From the NCBI RefSeq assembly GCF_009914755.1, contig NC_060928.1: a stretch of DNA of 64,000 bases; one strand, 5' to 3'. Both the position numbers and the translations under genes were made by a program. Positions 63,836 to 64,000 of this stretch are shown piece by piece. Source of the stretch: the human T2T-CHM13v2.0 reference genome, Homo sapiens. Each line of letters starts with the position of its first letter. Positions within the stretch are counted from its first letter, which is position 1. The notes under the pieces are model-generated. The model saw only the letters and a list, made by a program, of their open reading frames with translations, ran no database searches and was not told where the DNA came from.

Positions 63836-64000
63836 TGTAGGGTTCTTGTCACACGACCAGGAAAGATTAGGCTTGCAGACACATAGAAGGGTGAGAAAAA
63901 TGGAATTTATTGGTCAAAAAAGAAAAAAATGGAAACAGAGACTCTCAGCAAAGTAAGAGTCCTGCTAGCAGGTTTCCCACCTCACAGATTGAATTCTAGG
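63836..64000 (-). mobile_element. ERV1 LTR 3' end (MER48-like), cut by the window edge
   Basis: 'tgtagggttcttgtcacacgaccaggaaagattaggc...atttattgg'. Confidence 0.6.

Overview
This is primate (almost certainly human) genomic DNA, AT-rich and dominated by repeats. I find no credible host protein-coding exon, RNA gene or CRISPR. Almost every listed ORF is an Alu, L1 or LTR artefact or a retroviral pseudogene fragment. From left to right: a decayed ERV-L pol region (1-3.5 kb); an old L1MA-type element that keeps its 5' end and target-site duplications (TSDs) but has lost its RT domain (5.5-11.2 kb); MaLR LTRs; a CpG-rich ERV9/LTR12 solo LTR inserted inside an Alu (20.3-21.5 kb); a ~650 bp near-pure AT palindromic tract (27.0-27.7 kb); a 15 kb nested ERV1 cluster (35.5-50.7 kb); and a two-LTR HERV-H provirus (53.6-59.6 kb) inside an L1 tail. 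In the cluster, a MER4 provirus hosts LTR8, a MER52-like LTR and a two-LTR MER41 provirus. The MER41 provirus retains gag, RNase H and integrase remnants and itself carries an LTR1-like solo LTR and an Alu. Family names come from recalled consensus termini and motifs, not a database search, so subfamily labels are provisional. I cannot claim a new biological system. The best leads are the coding-rich MER41 provirus with a triplicated PBS/splice-donor leader, the unequal HERV-H LTRs and the CpG-retaining LTR12.
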